This document shows positions 60,463-64,000 of a DNA stretch of 64,000 nucleotides, piece by piece (the stretch's first letter is position 1; every line of letters begins with the position of its first letter). Under the pieces are notes generated by a model. The model was given only the letters and a program-made list of their open reading frames with translations. It was not told the origin of the DNA and searched no databases. Both the position numbers and the translations under genes were made by a program. Source of the DNA: a virus (lineage: Duplodnaviria > Caudoviricetes); IMG/VR virus record IMGVR_UViG_2630968832_000007, positions 2,735-66,734 of that record; one strand, given 5' to 3'.

Positions 60463-60900
60463 TCAATAGTTTGCTACGGCGAGATACTCACTACTCTCTT
60501 CAATACCAGTTCCTATGGCCAGTGCAAGTAATGGTTCCTGCATTACCTTTGCTATCGCAACCTGCTGCAGCAAACACGGTTCAAGCTCTCCGATATAGGA
60601 TAACATCTGCTCTTTTGACACGATCATCGGATTTTCCACAATGATCGTTGATTCCCGTGACAAACCATTTAAATCATTCGGTTCTACATTTACGTGGGAT
60701 GGGGACCGCCTGTTTGTACGCTTTGTTGTAAGTGGATATACCTGATACTGCGATGAATACGCTGAGTATTTGTTATTTGATGTAACAAGCACCGGCCGTA
60801 CTCCACAATATATTGTGGACCCTGTACAGGCATCTTCACTTCCAAGATCACAATACCAAAGCTCTCCCCAGCGAGGAGCGGCGTTTTTGCTTTGCATCAA
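60463..60900 (-). CDS. MazF/PemK-family endoribonuclease
   Basis: GELWYCDL...GVRPVLVTSN...YPLTTK...PSHV...GLSRES; TTGACA-17-TATACT promoter at 60975-60947. Confidence 0.88.
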   Translation of the reverse strand: MMQSKNAAPRWGELWYCDLGSEDACTGSTIYCGVRPVLVTSNNKYSAYSSQYQVYPLTTKRTNRRSPSHVNVEPNDLNGLSRESTIIVENPMIVSKEQMLSYIGELEPCLLQQVAIAKVMQEPLLALAIGTGIEESSEYLAVANY

Positions 60901-60998
60901 TTGCCTTCTTTCTTTTTAGTATGTAGCCGCTCGCCCCTATGACTATAGTATAATCGCAATCTATTGTTTTGTCAATACTTATTTGGGAGTTTTTTTTG

Positions 60999-61331
60999 CT
61001 ATTTTCTTTTGTGGATATATATATCCTCCGAAGTGGTAACAATTCGAATCCAGTCGTCCTCAAGTTCTTCGATGCTCACAATGGATCTCTCATTGATGGA
61101 AACTGTACTTCGATTCGCCGTTCTCTTACTCCCGCCGGGCGATAACAACAGAGTTCTATTCGGATTCTGTGTGAGCCGCGCATATTTGCACTTCAGTGTC
61201 GCTTCCCAAACATACTTCTTCGGATCACGGCCTGACCAAACAGAAAAATCCGTACCATCAAGCATATCAGCCAAAATATCTGAACTGATACAATTCGCCT
61301 TTTCCTGCCTGCACACAGCTGTTTCTTTCAT
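60999..61331 (-). CDS. Hypothetical protein, paralogue A
   Basis: Shares WE..L.CKYA.LTQ.P.R.LLLSP with the next gene. Confidence 0.65.
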   Translation of the reverse strand: MKETAVCRQEKANCISSDILADMLDGTDFSVWSGRDPKKYVWEATLKCKYARLTQNPNRTLLLSPGGSKRTANRSTVSINERSIVSIEELEDDWIRIVTTSEDIYIHKRK

Positions 61332-61334
61332 CGA

Positions 61335-61694
61335 CTATCCCCCCATACAAACCATACAAATATGAAACTCAAATGTCGTTGTCTTTACATGAATCCACTG
61401 GTCATCGACGGTGATGCATTTGATTTCACTTTCACGGATGGACACGGCGCTTTTGCTGCTCATGTCCACCCAATAGTAAAGCCGCTTAGGTGACAGCAAC
61501 AGCAGCCTGTCCGGTTTTTGAGTGAGCATCGCGTATTTACATTCCAACTTGACCTCCCAGCCGCAATCTCCATCCGCAATACCTCCAGCTACAATGTTAA
61601 ACTTCTTTCTATCCAGCATTGATACCAGCGTATCCACGTCTACATGTCTCAAGCAAATTTCACACCCTTCCAAATTGTCCTTGATATCGGACAT
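61335..61694 (-). CDS. Hypothetical protein, paralogue B
   Basis: Shares the same motif with the previous gene. Confidence 0.65.
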   Translation of the reverse strand: MSDIKDNLEGCEICLRHVDVDTLVSMLDRKKFNIVAGGIADGDCGWEVKLECKYAMLTQKPDRLLLLSPKRLYYWVDMSSKSAVSIRESEIKCITVDDQWIHVKTTTFEFHICMVCMGG

Positions 61695-61824
61695 ATTATA
61701 TTGTATAATTCCTTTTACAACTATAAGTTGTTATTTAAGCATTTAACAACCAATGGTTGTTTATTTGATGTTTTAATGATACTCCCTCTTCAAATAGTTT
61801 GCAATACATGGAGGTGCCATCTAA

Positions 61825-62085
61825 ATGGCATTGACAACATTCGGAGCCAAGCTACGCAAATGGCGCGACGAAAACGAACTGACGCGGCGAGAATTATCTG
61901 AAATGATTTATTTTTCTGAAAATGCGATTCGTGGATGGGAGACAGGCGGTACGCCGCCGTCATATGACGCCATGATCGCCGTTGCCGACTGTATGGGGGT
62001 TTCGCTCGACTGGCTGACCGGACGGTCTGATGTCTGGAAAACATCTGAACAGCTCCTTCATGAAATTTACAACAAGCCTTTATGA
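61825..62085 (+). CDS. XRE-family HTH regulator
   Basis: FGAKLRKWR..NELTRRELS...WETG..PS...GVSLDWLTGR; GGAGGT RBS. Confidence 0.88.
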   Translation: MALTTFGAKLRKWRDENELTRRELSEMIYFSENAIRGWETGGTPPSYDAMIAVADCMGVSLDWLTGRSDVWKTSEQLLHEIYNKPL

Positions 62086-62697
62086 TATTTCACTCAACCT
62101 TTCAACAGACTCTTCCAGCAAATCAATGGTATCCTGCAGCGTATCCGAAGCAACTTCACTTGTCTCGTGGCGTTCACTGCCAACCAAATTTTCAGGCATA
62201 CTTTCACGAGCTTCGTCTTCCTCATCACGAATCGTTTCAATTTCTGCTATGATGTTTGAAATCGAATCAGACACCCTCTGAATCTGTGTACGTCTTACTT
62301 TATTCAATATTCGAGCCTCCATTCATTGCTCTTTCAATGTATACTGTTTTCATAACCACTAAAAATCTTTACCAGGAAATTTTATACGCAAATCATATTC
62401 GTCTACTGGCAAGCCTTCTTTCGCCATCAACCGGCGGATGCACTTTCGTGCTTCTAAAAATACATTCGTACCATTTTCATGCGCGGTAAGACGGTGGGGC
62501 ACACCGTCTTCATTAAATACATCGTATTTTGCCATAAGCTCAAATTGCTTCTGGCGTGATCTCTGTGTACAGCCTCTTGTTAAAGCTGCGTATTCTGCGT
62601 CCCGTTTGTCACGTACTGCTTTTGCCTTTATGTTGTCGCTGACGGTATATACCCCAAGCCCTAAAAGCGTCAGCAGACCTAAAGGTCCAAACGGCAC
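62080..62697 (-). CDS. Two hypothetical genes (62080-62322 acidic helical; 62359-62697 with an N-terminal TM segment)
   Basis: ORF track; co-oriented with the phage arm. Confidence 0.5.
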
Positions 62698-63195
62698 TAA
62701 GTGGATCCCCCCTGTACCGAAAAACTTTCCGGGTCTGTTCTGACCGTTGATTTAAGGACGCAGTTTATGTATGATACGATGTATAAAGCTGCCGCCTTAT
62801 TAAGTGGCTTTCCGGTATTGGCATAAAGTTCAAGCTGTTGATTTGCCGCAGCTAATTTCACGTAGTTAACCTCCATAGCACTCCTCCAATTTAATTTGAA
62901 TTCTGTATGACCTTATTGCGGACATACAGCAGCATTAGGATAAACACAAAAAACTCCGTAACATTCATCGCAACACCTCTTCATATTTTATATTCCAGCC
63001 ATATCCTCCCGGCACTGATCATAATATTTACATAGCAAACAGCAACTTTTACACTTTTTATTACCGCGCAGCCAATACATTAACCGTTTCAGCATGTTGA
63101 TCGCCTCCTATCTAAAAGGCTATCACATTATATGTCCAATAAAGTCACCTATTTCTTTGCTACCACCGAAGCGAAATTTGCAAGCAATGGGCAAA

Positions 63196-64000
63196 TCACT
63201 CTAACAACCAGTTTACTGCATCTTCAAATGTATCGAACTCCTCAGTAAATGCATACCCGTCTCGATTGTCTACAGCCACGATTTTGTCTCCATCTTCAAC
63301 ATAAAACAGACCGCGCGGCCCCCACTCTCCCTCACGCCCGTGCGATAACATATTTGCAAATTCCAACACGGACAACTTGGCGACATTGACGCCAGCCTCT
63401 TCTGCACAAAATGACAACTCGTCACATTCGTCCATGTCGGGAAGTTCCCTTCCCTGTTTTATGTATCGGTCATAGGCAATTTTCTCCGCCTCATCAGCGC
63501 TATCAGCTTCGATCAAAACATGTCCACAAAGATTTCTTGTTACGCCTACATCATACAACATCACTTTTCATCCTCCGGAATTTTAAAATATCCTTCTTCT
63601 TCGGCTGCATCCAACATTGAATCTAACAACCCTATGATCCCTTCAATTACATCTGTGGGAATTAATGTATTACTAAAACAGCAGGAAAGAACAGCCTTTC
63701 TCTGTTCGTACAACAGCTCGAAATCAATATTGCGGACCAAAATATCACCAGTCACTCTTCGTCCTCCACCTCGATAATAAGCACCGGTTGCTTTGTTTTG
63801 AAAACACTATCGGTTTCTTCCATATCTGCAAATATATATTTTACACGTCTGTCCATGACTCTTTCATATTCATCAAGTCCTGAATACAATTCAGACAGAC
63901 AAACTCTGAACTCATAATCGTTTTTCTCATAATCATACTGCTGAATGATCGCTTTGCACTGAATCTCATCTACTTCATTGGATAACTGTCGAACTGTCAT
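63196..64000 (-). CDS. Three small acidic hypothetical genes (63196-63564, 63561-63755, 63752-64000)
   Basis: Overlapping stop/start junctions; IEADSADEAEKIA motif. Confidence 0.55.

Larger units (their letters stand above)
32847..64000. mobile_element. Prophage 2: large SPbeta-like temperate phage; right end lies outside the window
   Basis: Serine integrase at the border, nucleotide metabolism genes, yorF-yorL-like replisome order, MrpR-like repressor, tRNAs, lower GC. Confidence 0.88.

Noticed and set aside
1-64000. CRISPR array, IS elements, introns/inteins in nrdD, dnaE, dnaB or terL
   Set aside because: No repeat-spacer series or transposase was seen, and these genes have normal uninterrupted lengths

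Overview
The window is almost entirely prophage DNA, probably from a gut Clostridia/Oscillospiraceae-like host (inferred from gene content, not proven). Element 1 (<1 to ~32743, GC-richer) is a lambdoid/A118-like siphophage. It has tail, head and packaging genes, a minor capsid (MuF) protein fused to an ADP-ribosyltransferase, a replication/recombination module with an in-gene origin, a cI/cro switch with 17-bp operators, accessory genes and a large serine integrase. Element 2 (~32847 to >64000, AT-richer) is a large SPbeta-like prophage. It has a second serine integrase, dut, nrdDG, nrdH-like, thyX, an RNA ligase, recD2, a yorF-yorL-like replisome block, a tRNA(CAU), an anticodon-less tRNA-like element, a hairpin-rich spacer RNA candidate, an MrpR-like repressor and a MazF/PemK homologue. 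The two integrase genes converge on a 108-bp in-frame remnant of host comM/yifB (MNPCPCG...SGPLLD). Two unrelated phages therefore appear to be inserted about 100 bp apart in the same gene, which could be restored only if both excise. All product calls come from motif recognition by eye; no database search was run.
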